NCBI RefSeq assembly: GCF_009914755.1
Contig: NC_060937.1
Direction: 5' to 3' (one strand)
Length of the DNA: 64,000 bases
DNA from: the human T2T-CHM13v2.0 reference genome, Homo sapiens
Every line of letters starts with the position of its first letter. The stretch's first letter is position 1. Below the pieces are notes generated by a model that saw only the letters and a list, made by a program, of their open reading frames with translations, was not told the origin of the DNA and did not search any database. Of this stretch, positions 40,406-55,038 are shown piece after piece. The position numbers and the translations under genes were made by a program.

Positions 40406-43400
40406 GTGACTGTACCAATTTACATTGCTATCAGCATTGCACTGTTTCCTTTTCTCTATGAGAGAACAGTTCCTTTGTTTCTACAACCTTGCCAGAGCAT
40501 GTGACAGTTTTTTGTTGTTGTCATTTCAATTGGTGTGGGGTGATGTCTTCTCTTGATTTGCATTTTCTTTTTTTACCTTTTGATTTGCTGTTTCTTGATA
40601 ATTACTTATGTTAACCAACTCTTCATATACCTGTGGGCAATTTATATGTGTTCTTTGGAGAAGTGTTTATTCAGATTCAGATCCTTTGGCATTTTTTATA
40701 GTCAGTTTTTTTGTGGATTTTTCTTCTATTTAATTGTATGAGTTCCTTGTATATCTGGGATATTAACCCCTTATCAGATATATGTTTTGCAAATATATTC
40801 TCTCATTTTATAGGGTGCCTCTTGGTTCTGTTGATTGTTTCCTTTGCTATGTGGGAGCTTCTTATTTTGTTGCACTCCTACTTATTTTTGCTTTTTTGTC
40901 TGTCCATCTGGGGACATATCCAGAAAAGTATTGTCCAGATCAATGTAAAGGAGCTTTTTCCCAGTTTTCTTCTAGGAGTTTAACTGGTTTTAGGTCTTAT
41001 GCTTAAGTCTTTAATCCACTTCGAGTTGATTTTTATATATGGTTTTAGATAAGGGTCTAATTTTATTTTTCTGCATATGGATATTCAGCTTTCTCAATAC
41101 CATTTATTGAATAAACTATCTTTTCCTCATTATGTTTCTTGGTATCTTTGTAGAAAATTAAGAAGTTTGTAGGTATGAGTTTATATTTTAGCCCTCAACT
41201 CTATTTCATTGGTCTATGTATCTACTTTTTTTTCGCCAGAATCATACTGTTTCAAATACTGTAAGCTTACAACATAATTTGAAATCAGAAAGTATGATGC
41301 CTCCAGCTTTGTTCTTCTTGTTTAATATTGCTCTTACTATTCAGGATCTTCTGTGGTTGTATATAAAAGTTAAGGTTTTTTTTTCTATTTCTCTATATGT
41401 CATTGGCATTGTAATAAATATGAATAGGTTTACATTAAATCTGTAAATCAGGTTGTGTAGTATAGACATTTTAACAATATAAATTCTTCCAAGTTATGAA
41501 CAAGTGATATCTTTCCATTTATTTATGTCTACTTTATTTCCTCAAGGTATTATAATTTTCAGTGTAAAGCTCTTTCACCTCTTTGATTAAATGTATGCCT
41601 GAACATTTTGTTTTATTATTTTCTTTTTTGAATAGTTTTTTGTGAGTGTATAGAAACCTATTTTTCATGTTGATTTTGTAACCAGCAACTTTCCTGAATT
41701 TGTTTATTAGTTCTACAACTTTTGATGGAGTCTTTAGGGTTTTCTATATGTAATTGGATCATGTCATTGGCAAAAAGATATAATTTGAATTTTTTCTTTC
41801 TGATTCAGATGAACCCTGTCTCTTTTATTTGCCTATTGTCTATGGTTAAGGCTTCCAATACAATGTTGAATAAATGTTGTAAGGGTGGACATCTTTATCT
41901 TGTTCCTGATCTTAGAGTAAAAGCTTTCAGCTTTTGACAGTTTAGTATCATATTAGTGACAGGCTTGTTATATGTGGCCTTTATTATGCTGAAGTGCATT
42001 CTTTCTATACCTAATTAGTTGAGAGTTTTTTATTACAAATAAATGTTATGTTTGATGGTTTTTCACATTTATTCAGAGGATCATGTGATTTTTATTCTTC
42101 ATTCTTTTAATGTGGTGTATTACAATAATTGATTTGTATATGTTGAAGCATCCAAGAATCATAGAGACAAATTCCATTTCATCATGGTTTATGATCCTTT
42201 TAATGTGCTGTTGTTTTCAGTTAGCAACTATTCTTTGAGAATTTTTGCATCTATGTTAATCAGGTATATAGGCATTTAATAGGTTCTTGTCATATATCTG
42301 TTTTACTTTGGTATCAGGGTAATGCTGGCCACGGAGAATGAGATGGAAAATGTTATATTCTCATCAGTTTTTCTGAAAAGTTTGAAAATGTTTGTTGTTA
42401 AGTCTTTAAGTGTTTGTTAGAAATCAGTGGTGAAGCCATTATGTCCTAGGCTTTTCTTTGTTGATAGCTTGTATGTTTCCAGAAATTTATCTTTTACTTC
42501 TCAGTTTTCCAATTTGGTGGCACGTAATTGTTCGTACTAGTCTCTAGAACCCTTTGTATTTCTATAGTTTCAGTTGTAATGTCTCTTATTTAAATTACAA
42601 TATAATAATTGGGGCTTTTAAAAATATTCTAGCTAAAGTTTGACAATTTTGTTTATACTTCGAAAAACAACTAAGTTTCATTGATCTTGTTTACTGTTTT
42701 TCTAGTTTCTATTTCATTTATTTCTGTTCTAATCTTTGGTGTTTAATTTCTTATGCTAACTCAGTTTTATATCCCTGGCCTATTTCCTTGAAGTCTAAAG
42801 TTAGGTCATTTATTTGAGATATTATTATTTTCTTAATACAGGTGTTTGCTATAGGCTTTCTTTCTAGAACTGTTTTTGCTGTATCACGTAAGTTTTGGTA
42901 TATTGTGTTTCTATCTTCATGTGTTTCAAGATTTTTAAAAATGTTTCATTTGATTTCTTTTTGATCTATTAAGTGCTCAGAATTGAGTGACTTGATTTCC
43001 ACGTATTCATGATTTTTCCAGTTTTCCTCTTATTTTGGATTTTTAGTTTTACATCATTGTGGTCAGAAAAGATACTTGATATCATTTCACTCTTTTTACA
43101 TTTGTTATAATGTGCATTGTGTCCCAATATCTATTCTGGAAAATGTTCCATCTGTGCTTGTGGAGATTGTGTATCTTGTAGCAGTTGGGTGAAAAGTTAT
43201 GTATATGTCTTGCAGGTATATGTGATCTGTAGTGTAGTTCAAGTCTGATTTTTTCTTTTTTATTTCCTGCCAGATGATCAATCCTTGTTTAAAGTGAAAT
43301 ACTGAAGCCTGCTACAATTATTGTTCTGTTGTCTATTTATTTTTCTATTTTGTTAATATCTGCTTTACACATTTAGGTGCTCTAGTGTTGGGTGCATATG

Positions 43401-46150
43401 TATTTACGTTGCCATATTCTCTAAAAAGTCTCTTCTATCATGGTATTGTATTTCTTTGTCTCTTTTAATAGTTTTTGCCTATTTTGTCTGAAACTAGTAT
43501 AGCCATCCAAGCTTTTTGTGTTTACTGTTTGCATGGAATACCTTTTTCTATCCCTTTTCTTTATATTTGCTGGTGTACTGAAAGATAAAGCTGTCTCTTT
43601 TAAGTAGCATATAGTTAAATCGTGTTTTTATCATCCATTCAATCATTTAATGTGTTTTAATGGAAATTTAATTCTTCATTTAAAGTAATTATTGACAGGT
43701 AACGACTTTTGCTATTTTGTTAACTTTCCCCCCACTTTATTTGCAGTTACTTTGATCGTTTTGCCCTCTTGTTGTTTTCCTTTGGGATGGGAATTTTTTT
43801 TTTTTTTTGTAGTAATATGGCTTGATTCATTTCTCTTTATTTTTTGTATATTTACTACTCTTTTTTAAATTTGCCATGACCATGATGCTTACATAAAGTA
43901 TTTCATCATTATACTAGTGTGTTTCAGGCTGATGCCAACTTCTCTTCAATCACATACACTATTCTAAAATTGTATTTCTTTTCTTCCATGTTTTTTGTTA
44001 TTGGCATTATAATATATATCTTTTTATATAGTGTATCTATTAACAAATTATTGTAGCTACAGTTATTTTAGAAAATGTTGTCTTTACTCAGTTTACTAGA
44101 TTTAAAAGTGATTTATACACCACCATTGTAGCACTAGAATATTATAAATTTCATTATATACTTTACCACTGAATTTTGTACCTTTGTACATTTTAATGAT
44201 ACTGATTTTTATTCTTTCTTTCAACTTGAAGTATTCCATTTAGTATTTCTTGTAAGGCAGGTCTAGTGGTAAGAAACTCACTCTTTTGCTTTTTTTTTAG
44301 AAAAGTCTTATTTCTCCTTTATTTCTAAAGGATGGTTTTGCTGTGTATAGTATCCTTAATTGGCTGTTTGTTTATTTGTTTGCTTCTCCTCAACACTTTG
44401 AATACTATTACACTCTCTCCTGGCTTGCAAGGTTTCTGTTAAGAAAGTGACAGATAGTCTTAGGAGGGCTTCCTTGTTTGTGACAAGTTATTTTTCATCT
44501 GCTGTTTTTGAAATTTTCTCTTTTTTTTATTTTAACTCTTTTAACAATTTGATTATAATTTGTTTCCACAAATACTTTTTTTAGGATGAAGTCATTTTGT
44601 GTTCTTTGGGCTCCATGGATCTGGATGTTAATTTCCCCTTCCAGGTTTGGGAAGTTTTCTGCCATCTATTTGTTTAAATACTGTTTCTGTTTCTTATGAT
44701 GTCTGTCTTTCTTTTGGGATTCCTATATTGCATATATTGCTTTGCTAAATGGTGTCCCATAATCCTATAGGCTTTCTTCATTCATTTTTATTCTTTTTTC
44801 ATTTTCTTTTTCTTTGACTTGAATTTCAAATAATCTGTTTGAGTTTGTTGATTCTTTCTTCTACTTGATGTAGTCTGCTGTTGAAGCTTTCCATTAATTT
44901 TTTTTTTTAGTTCAGATACTATATTCTTCACCACTAGAATTTCTATTTAGTTATTTTTATGCCTCTTATCTCTTTGCTGAACTTTTCATTTTATTTCTGT
45001 GTTACTTTCCTAATTTTGTTTACGTGTCTATGTGTTATCTTGTAGCTCACTGAGTTTTATTTTAGATGATTATTTTGAATTCTTGTTCAGGCAACTTGAT
45101 CCCAATTAATTATCCATGGGGTCTTCCCCCACCCCCCCACTTTGGTGATATAATATTTCTTAGATTCCTCATATTCCTTGAAGCCTTAAATTACTGTCTT
45201 TGTATTTGAAGATGTGGTCACCTTTCAGTTTTTACTTACTGTCTTTGGGAGAGAAAGACCTTTCATCTGTGAGCCTAGCTAGATTTTCTAGGGGTCTCTC
45301 ACACCTTTTCTATGAATACACCACTTCACTCCTCTAGTTTCCTCTTCGGAACCAAATGTTAGGATATTGTGCCTTCTCTTGATGTTGCAAAACCAGGCCT
45401 GATGCTGACAGAATCCTGTATATTTTCCTTAGATCAGTGCTCTGAATTTGTGAAGGTTGTGCATCTTCTCATAAACCATTAGAGCAAAGCTGGTTGCAAA
45501 GACCTGCACCTGCAACTGAGATCTGTGTGCTCTCTGCAGGGGTTCATTTGAGTGGTACATGAGAATCCATGGGGTGCCATACACAGAAGGGTGTGTGGAG
45601 TTCTGAGGGTACCGATTGGCTGATAGGGGGATCCACATGCAGGCAACCCTGTGAGTTTTATGAATTGAGCCTCTTGGTGAAGTGTTTGAGATGTTAGGAA
45701 CACCTGCAGTTGGATGTTGAGAACCATGTGCAAGTTTCTGGGTACTTCTGCCCCTTTACCCTGCTCCAAGCTGCCCCAGACAATTTAGCCATGAAAATCC
45801 CCTCAATATTCTGAGCAGGACAAGATAGTAGTGTTCTTCCTGGACAGTATTCTGCAAGGCTAGGGAAGCTGAGAGCTAACTTCACTCTCACTTTTGCCTA
45901 AGAGGAAATCATAAGCTGAAACAGCCTCTCTTGTCACTGAGCTGTGTTGTCAGGGGGCACAGGTAATTTAAAATTGTTGTTTTTACTCTATTCAATGCAA
46001 CTCCTCTCAAACTTTTGTTCCACTGCAGTGCTGGAAAATTAGTTAGATTCTGAGGCTTCCACAAAGATATTCTTGTCCATGAGTGGTTGAAAAATCTGTG
46101 TTTCTATGGGGAGATGAAAGCTGGAACCACCCCTTCCATCATCCTGTTGA
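40406..46150 (-). mobile_element. L1MA body (ORF2, ORF1, 5' region); right piece of the split L1
   Basis: Continuous L1 antisense sequence: tgttctttggagaagtgt, gatgcctccagctttgttctt, ttttgcatctatgtt, tttcttgtaaggcaggtctagtggt; many disablements. Confidence 0.88.
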
Positions 46151-46284
46151 TGTTGTGTTTCAAAATAATCAATTTTAATGACTTAAAGTGATATATATGA
46201 TTTGAGGAAGGTTATAGATTATATAGCTTGATAGTTTTGTGGTCTAATTGGTCCAATTGGTGGTCTAATGCAACACATCAATGC

Positions 46285-46500
46285 CCAAAGTCCAAAAAAC
46301 TGACAATGCTGAATGCTGACAAGGATGTGGAGCTGCAAAAGTATCATTTATTGCTGACTGAAATGCAAAATGCTATAGCTACTTTGGAATATGTTTTGGT
46401 TGTTTCTTACAAAGTCAAACATAGTCTTATCATAAAATCCAGCAAAGGTGCCACTGGGTATTTATCCAATTATTTTAAAAACTTATCACAAAAACCTGTA
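46285..46500 (+). mobile_element. L1MC-like fragment
   Basis: aatgctgacaaggatgtggagc...aatgcaaaatgctatagctactttggaa. Confidence 0.6.
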
Positions 46501-49500
46501 TGCAAGGTGTATCAGTACTCTTAACAGTGTTCATATATCAATGTCCAACATTTCTACTTTTAGTAATATTTGGAAAAAAAAAGCAGAGATGTACATAAGA
46601 TTTAAATAGAAAAAAAATTGTTCCTTCTGTTAATCTGACAATAAACCATAGAAACTGTTATATAAATAAGGTGTTTGTTAAATATATAGTTGCATATTCA
46701 CAGAAGGGAATTCTTTTTGGAATGCATTCAATCATATGAACTATTATCAATATTTAATATTAAATTTTAAAAAGCAGTATGTGAAACAATAAGACCCATC
46801 TTGACTACTTTTAATACCCAACTACTAAAATAATGAAAATGACAAAAGAATATTTGGATAAATATATTGAAACTTTAGCAGTACTCATATCAGAGTTGTA
46901 TGTTTACTGGTGGCCTTTTCCTTTTGAAATTATCTTTTATGTTGTAACATTTTTTAAATAATTAAAAATTAACATTATAAAAAAGATAATTATATACCAA
47001 ATTCTATATTTCTCTAGACTTTTTGCTGGACTTTCATATTTCTTGGGATACACATTTAGAAATCATCACATAAACCAGTGAAGTAAAAGGATTAGGATTA
47101 ATTTAAAATATGTTATAAATTGTTCTATAGATTTAAAATGACATGGGATAAACCACATCATCTTTTAAAAGGGACTTCCAGATGTGGTAGGGGTATAGAT
47201 TTGCTGACTTCGGAGGCCTTTTATATCCCTAATGTGCCTGCATCTGTGATGATAACAGTCCTTTATTAATAAGAGGTTTCCTTTTTCCTAATTGGAATTT
47301 TTTTGGCCTGCTGCTCAGGGTTTGTTTACAAAAGTTGACCAAAAAAATATAGTGTCACTTCTGTTTATTTCGTAAGTACCCTTGTAAATAATTGTATAAA
47401 ATCCTATTATTCAAACTTTTTAAGTAACAAATAGAGATTATCGGCCCTTGTGAACAGAGCTCATTATCTTTAATCTCTAGTAAAACATATTATAAAGGAT
47501 TTTGTTTTATTTGCATTTCTCAAAATGAAATGTAACTTGGTATGTATATACTTATTCATAAACCTCTGCTTTTCTGGTTTTCCTCATAAGGATTGTCTGA
47601 ACAATTAATAGGCATAGTAATGTGTCATATATGGGATATGTCTCTCAGATTTTCATATTGTTCCCTGGGAATTTTCATGTCCTTATTTAACATATTCCTT
47701 GTTTCTGTTATTATGCAAGAAATCATGCCTGATTAAGTTCAGACAGTTTGCAAGGCAGGGGGTTTGTGTAATTGCCATCACGCTCTGCAGGTTTTTACTT
47801 AATTGTTATCTCTTTTGAAACTAGATTAAAAGATTTTTTTACAGTGTACTGCTCACCTGTTTGTTCATTACATTAATTTAAATTGTCTTCCTTTTTATTT
47901 GTTAAAAACCTACCACCAGGAGAATTTGGTGAGGTCATTATACTTTTTACTATCCTACCTTCCTAAAAGCATTATATCTCATTGTCATGTGGCATCATGC
48001 ATTCAGTACACTCCCTAACTTTACTCAGATATCAAGGATAATAAAAGGCTCTGAAAAGCCCATCTTCCCTTGGGATAACTATGTCTATGCCTTTAAACCA
48101 TGAGGATGAACATTAAAGCATTTAAAGTATAAATATCTATAAAAGATATTCTTGATATGAAATGGGGAATTCTTTTTGACTCAAGATGCTGCAAATCAGA
48201 GTGACATAAGTTCAATCACTCTTTCCTCTTCAAAATATGCAATAATAAGGAATTTCTCTTGTGACCTAGGATCTAAGCTTCTACTTTCTATAGATGCGTC
48301 AATAAATACCATATTTGTTTAACTGTGCTCCTGTTTGCCTGTAATTTGTGTAGTTGAAAGTTTGGGAATAAAAATATGACATGGTAACTTAACATAAAGT
48401 ATTTTATTTAACATAACTATTTAATATAATTTATCAGAGCATTTTATTGTATAACATTTTAACAATTCATTGAAAAGAATAAGCCAAAGCAATAAGTTAA
48501 CTAATATGCAAATACCTAAATTACTAATAAATACTCGTACTATATTGAAAACTAACTCTGTCTGCTTTAAAATACATGATTTTATATTTGTGGCAAACTC
48601 CTCTGTAATAACGTTGTACTTTAGCTCAGAATTGGGCCTGATAGCAAGACATACTGTGTGGTGGGCCACAAAAATAGCTTTGGACATAGATAAATATATC
48701 AGCATAACCTGAAAAAAACAAGAGAAAGAAATTCAAATCAAACATCTACAAAATATGAAATTGTTTTATTATTTTAATTAAGATTTCCATATTTTCATTG
48801 TAAGCAGCCTTTAGTAATTTAAGGAATAATCCTATCACCTTCTTATCCTTTGTGAATTGCTGTGTGTAATTAGTATGAAGCCTCATGTAATGTCATATGT
48901 AGATTTAAATCCATAGTATACTTGTGATTATCATTTAAAAAAAAAATCTTAGAGTCTCTTATAATAAAGCCCTTCCACAGGACTTTTGAGCCCTGCACAT
49001 CAAAACTAATACATTTTTCAATTTCTTGTCGGTATAATACAACATTTAAAAATTTATTCCAGAAAATAATTTGTGACTAATATTACAGTTATAAGTTTGC
49101 TTATTTATAAACTATATAAATAATTGAAAAAATTAAATAAATAAATATAAGGGAAACACAAACAAGAAATTATGACCTATTTTTATGAGAATAGTATAAT
49201 ATTAAAAATGTGTCATACAGTTTTAGCATGAGTAATGTGTTCTGAAATACATGTTTGATAGCTGAATATTTATTATTGACATGAGAGAAAAGATGATTAT
49301 ATCTTCCCCAAAGTAGCCATAAATCTAGCATACTGAAAATCTTCATAAGTTTTATGTGTGCAAAACTAAAGGTAATTAAAACCAGGTAGTATAATAGAAA
49401 TGTAATTCAGAAATATATTTGTAAAGATGTTATAAGAGCCAAGCCAAATAAGGAATTTTGAGAAATTCCAGTGCTAGAAAGAGCTGGAAAATTCTAAAAC

Positions 49501-50436
49501 CCTTAATGCTTAGGGACCAAGGGAGGTTCATCAAGGCACAAGAACCTGGGCTGCTCAGTGGGAACTCAGATTTTGAAAAAGATGCAGCCATTGTCAGAGA
49601 TTCTGCCAACAGCAGAAATAGTGAGAGAAATACCCTAGGTTTCTCTTTTCTCCTGTCACCAATCTCTTTTCAGTACTTTCCATCATGCAAACTTATAGAA
49701 AATGAGTTGCCAAGAGAATCTGCAAAATGTGATTTGCAAAAGTGTGGGAAAGCTATTAAAGAACAGAAAAGCAAATGACTTGACTGTCAGACTCTAGCTA
49801 TAATATTTGCTAATCCATGTGTATTCTAACTTTTCTATACATATTTCACAGAACTAAGCTTTGTGCTTTCACCTAACATGAAGCAATTATTCTTTGCACA
49901 AAAGAATATCCTCTCTCTTTATCCATTATTGGGAAGATATAACTAGAAACAAAATCTTCAAACCCAGAAAATCTCTCCACAAAGGAAGAAGAGAAGGAAA
50001 ACAATTTTGTTATTGCATAAGCATTGTACCCAAATGGGATGCAACTGACAGGTAATCCACCAGAAGATTGCAAAGACGGAAACAAAAATTTACCCTTTGA
50101 GACAGCTAAGCAGATACATGTACTCAAGATAGCAACAGCTAGTCATCACCTAAGAGGATTTGGTAGTGCCAAAATATAATTCATCCTAAATTCACTTGGT
50201 AATTTGTGTGACCATCTGTGTTGGCTAATTGACTTTATCTAAAGAAAAAAAGCCAAACTTCTTATGTCTTCGTAACAGCACGTAGTTTTGAAATTTGAAG
50301 CAAGGTATCCACTGAAGTCAGTCTCCTACCTTCCCACAGAAACTTGGAGGTAGGGACACTGTCTTACTTGATGTTTATATTTCAAAATGATGGTTCCCAA
50401 ATTCTTAAGAGAAACAATATTGCATCTTAAAGCGAG

Positions 50437-52697
50437 TGTATTAGTCCATTTTCATGCTGCTGATAAAGACAAACCCAATAATGGGCCATATGCAAAAGAA
50501 AGAGGTTTATTGGACTTACAGTTCCACATGGCTGGGAAGCCTCACAATCATAGCAGAAGGTGAAAGGCATGTCTCGCATGGTGGCAGACAGAGAAGAGGG
50601 CTTGTGCAAGGAAATTCCCCTTTTTAAAATCATCATCTTGTGAGACTTATTCACTACCATGAGAACAGTGTGGGTAAAACCACCCCCATGATTCAGTTAT
50701 CTCCCACTGGGATGCCCCCCACAATGAATGGGAATTATGGGAGTACAACTGGAGATGAGATTTGGGTGGGGACACCATATCAATCCACCCATGGCCCCTA
50801 CCAAATTTCATGTACTCACATTTCAAAACCAATCATGCCTTTTCAACAGTCCTTTAAAGTCCTAACTCATTTCAGCATTAACTCAAAATTCCATAGACGA
50901 AAGTCTCATCTGAGACAAGGCCCTTCTGCCTCTGAGCCTCAAAAGCAAGTTCATTATTTCCTAGATACAATGGGGGTACAGGCATTGGGTAAATACAGCC
51001 GTTCCAAATGGGAGAAATTGGCTAAAACAAAGAGGCTACAGGCCCTGTGCAAGTCTGAAATCTAGCAGGGCAGTAACATCTTAAAGCTCCAAAATGATCT
51101 CCTTTGACTCCATGTATCACATCCAGGTCACACTGATGCAAGAGGTGGGTTCCCATGATCTTGGGCAGCTCTGCCTCTGTGGCTCTGCAGGGTACAGCCT
51201 CCCTCCTGGCTGCTTTCACAGGGTCCTGTTGAGTGTCTGTGGTTTTTCCAGGCACAGGATGCAAGCTATTGGTGGATCTACAGTTCTATGGTTTGGAGGA
51301 TGGTAGCCTTCTTTTCAGAACTCCACTAGGCAATGTCCCATGAGGAACTCTGTGTAGGGGCTCTGGCCCCATATTTCCCTCCTACAGTGCCCTAGCAGAG
51401 ATTCTCCATGACAGCCCTGCCCCTGCAGGAAACTTCTGCCTGGACATTCAGTCATTTCCATACATCCTCTAAAATCAGGGTGGAGGTTCCCAAACCTCAA
51501 TTCTTGACTTCTGTGCACCCACAGGCCCAACACCATGTGGAAGCCGCCAAGGCTTGGGGCTTCCACCCTCTGAAGCCATGGCCCGAGCTGTACCTTGGCC
51601 CCTTTTAGTCACACCTGGAGCAGCTGGGATGCAAGGCACCAAGACCCTGGACTGCAAACAGCACAGGGACTCTGGGCCTGGCCCATAAAACAATTTTTTT
51701 CCTCCTCCACCTCTGGGCTTGTGATGGGAGGAGCTGCTGTGAAGACCTCTGACATGCCCTGGAGACATTTTCTCCATTGTCTTGGTGATTAACATTCAAC
51801 TCCTCATTACTTATGCAAATTTCTGTTCCAGATTGAATTTCTCCACAGAAAATGGAATTCTCTTTTCTATTGCATTATCAGGCTGCAAATTTTCCAAACT
51901 TTTATGCTCTGCTTCCTTTATAAAACTGAATGCCTTTAACAACACCAAAGTCACCTTTTGAATGCTTTGCTGCTTAAAAATTTTTTTCAGCCAGGTACCC
52001 TAAATCATGTCTCTCAAATTCATAGTTTCACAAATTTCTAGGGCAGGGTTAAAATGCCTCCAGTCTCTTTGCTAAAACATAGCAAGAGTCACCTTTGCTC
52101 CAGTTCCCAACGAGTTCCTCATCTTCATCTGAGACCACCTCAGCCTGGACCTTACTGTTCATATCATTATCAACATTTTTTTCAAAGCCATTGAACAAGT
52201 CTTTAGGAAGTTCCAAACTTTCCAACATTTTTCTGTCTTCTTCAGAGACCTACAAACTCTTTTCAACCTCTGCCTGTTACCCAGTGCTGAAGTCACTTCC
52301 ACATATTTGGTTATCTTTTCAGCAACGCCCCACTCCTGGTGACAATTTAGTGTACTAGTCTGTTTTCATGCTGCTGATAAAACATATCTGAGACTGGGCA
52401 ATTTACAAAAGAAAGAGGTTTATTAGAACTACAGTTCCACATGAGTGAGGGAGCCTCACATTGATGGCAGAAAGCAAAAGGCACTTCTCATATGGCGACA
52501 GACGAGAGAAGAGAGCTTGTACACTGAAACTCTCCCTCTTAAAACCATCAGATCTCATGAAACTTATTCCCTATTACAAGAAAAGTATGGGAGAAACTGC
52601 CCCCATGTGTCAATTACCTCCCAGTGGGTCACATGGGAATTATGTGAGTGCAATTCAATATGAGATTTGGGTGGAGACACAGAGCCAAACCATATCA
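50437..52697 (-). mobile_element. Full-length THE1 (THE1B-like): LTRs 50437-50782 and 52351-52697
   Basis: tgtattagtc...ccatatca LTRs; internal region is the reverse-complement homologue of 23656-25189; TSD degraded (gcgag / gctat). Confidence 0.93.
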
Positions 52698-54169
52698 GCT
52701 ATCAAGATACTTATTAAGCTTTAAATAAGATTTGCATTCACTTTAAAGTCACAGAAAATAAATTTACAGTTACATATGTTCTTAAGCACATTATTAGAAA
52801 AAAACGGGAGAAACCACTTCCTTTATTTTTGATGGGAGAATATAGTGTTATATTCATCAGCAATTGGTTTTACATCCCAAAATAAGGGGAGACACACTGC
52901 CTCATCAGTCACTATAGCCTTCTTAAAGTTCACTTTCTTCATCCATTCCCTTTTCTCAGGTCTGTGTGTAGCTGCTCATTTTCTCATCATCCAGTGAACA
53001 AAAAATCATAAAGTTAAGCTCTAAGAACATTATTCACCCAAAATACTAGAGGCAAGAAAAAGAAAAAATGCATGGGATGTGCAGCCATACACATAAAACA
53101 TGCATTACTGTCACTTTCTTTTTCAGCCATAGGTCAAGAATCTAATTTTTATTTGCCAATATTAATTTAAGATATTGTTGCTTATAACCCTAGTTCTGTT
53201 TGAGTTTCTTATTTTTATTTCTTACTGAGAAATTGTGTTCTCAAGAAATGTCATGTTACATTCACTACTTTTGTTTAGCAAATTAAGCAGGAACATAAAA
53301 GCCTCAAGTCCCTCTTTAAAATCATTCCTAAAATGAAACTTCATTCAAAACAACCAAACTGCATATACTTAAGTTGTATGCTGCAGTGAACTCTTTTATG
53401 ATATATTATGTATTATTTTAATAACAATAATGTTGTCATTTGATCTTTGTAAAACTTAATTCATTTGAGAATGGCAACATACCATAAAAGGTCTCAGATG
53501 CTTCCACCGGAATCTAAGTTTACAGAAATAAGTGTTTTATCAGGTATCTCATTAGAATAGGAAAAATGCTTATTTCTATGAAGATTGTAATTATGAACCC
53601 AAGTTTGAGATCTATAAACAGCATTCAGTATCTTTACTTCATGAAGTCATCAAGTTCTGACCCAATGCTTCATTATGACACTTTATTTCTGTGCCTTATA
53701 CAAGCTTAAAAAGCAAGCCTAAGATGTCATCACCATGACTCATATTCTTCTCCAGCTGCTGATCAGACTGTTCCCGTTTTCATCCAAGTCTCTCTAAATA
53801 GTCTGCATTTCCATATTTTATCTTCCTCAACATTTCATTCACCAATATTCACAGATATATGAAATCTGTCCTTTCTGCTAAGATCACCAAAACTCGACTT
53901 TTTGCTAAATTCGTTTGCCATTTTCTAGGTGTAACTGCTACATTTGACAACATTGATAACTTTCTCTAACATTTTTATTTTCCTTTGGCACCAACAACAC
54001 TGTACTAGGTTTACCTATCAAGCATTTAAGAATGAAGAAGTAACCTCAAAAGTATGTATTTATCTGGGACAAGGCAGAAAGCTTTAACCCTGTTTCCTAT
54101 CCACTCCTCTCTGCCCCAAATGGTTACCTCTTCTCCATAAATGCCAAGATGATGTTGGATATTGGTAAA

Positions 54170-54420
54170 CATGTAGAATCTAAAGTCAGGCAGCATAGAC
54201 TGTAATCATGGCTCTGCTAATTACTAGTATGTGTATAAGAAAGTATCTATATTTCAGTTCCCTTATCTGTGACATGGCCAGATACGGGGATAAAATAGAG
54301 ATAATTCAGAAAATTTTAGCACAAAATTATTCCTGTCTCATCAAGTTATTGGTGAATTCATTGATATGATATGTGAAAAGAAACTAAAATAGCACTTTAT
54401 ATATATTAATTGTAAGCATT
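54170..54420. mobile_element. MIR SINE remnant
   Basis: ggctctgctaattactagtatgtg...ttcagttcccttatctgtgacatgg core-like motif. Confidence 0.45.
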
Positions 54421-54988
54421 TCAGGGTTTCTAAATGCCGTGCAGACATGGCTTTAACAAGTGAAAGGCTTTTAGAAAAGATAAATGGTTCATCTTGTAAA
54501 TGACGGTGGCAAATGAATATTTTTCATCCTGAACAAAAGTCTGAGGTATAAATGGCAATTTTGATAACTACAATATACAATATAAATATATTTGAAACCT
54601 GAGCAACAAGGTAAAAAACACGCAATGCAGGTACTGGAATACACTGATGACCAAAGAGGCCAATCTAAAATTAAGTACCATATGTGCTATTTTACTCTCA
54701 TTTTTTTCCCTTAAGTAGTGAATCCTTTGTTCCCTTCCCTAAGCCAGCAGTCCTTATGATTTAATGATTCTTATCAGACAACTATTGCATTTTTACAGTT
54801 TAATATTCACTGGGTACCACCACTTTCCCATCACCAACTTCGATGAAAACTTTAAAGGTAATATTGATATAATACCACACTAACAAAACGAACTGAATGA
54901 TGGCATAATGAGACAAAATGAAATGAGAAAATCAAGTAGATAGAGGAGACCAACATTTCTGTACCAAAATGTGAAAAAAAAAAAAATC

Positions 54989-55004
54989 ACACACATACAC
55001 ACAA

Positions 55005-55038
<34 letters not shown>
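54989..55038. repeat. Imperfect (CA)n microsatellite
   Basis: cacacacatacacacaaacacacacac... Confidence 0.9.

Noticed and set aside
46600-49400. Repeat-poor stretch as candidate exons or conserved enhancer (also 55200-59800)
   Set aside because: No credible ORF, splice pattern or CpG island; conservation cannot be judged from one sequence.
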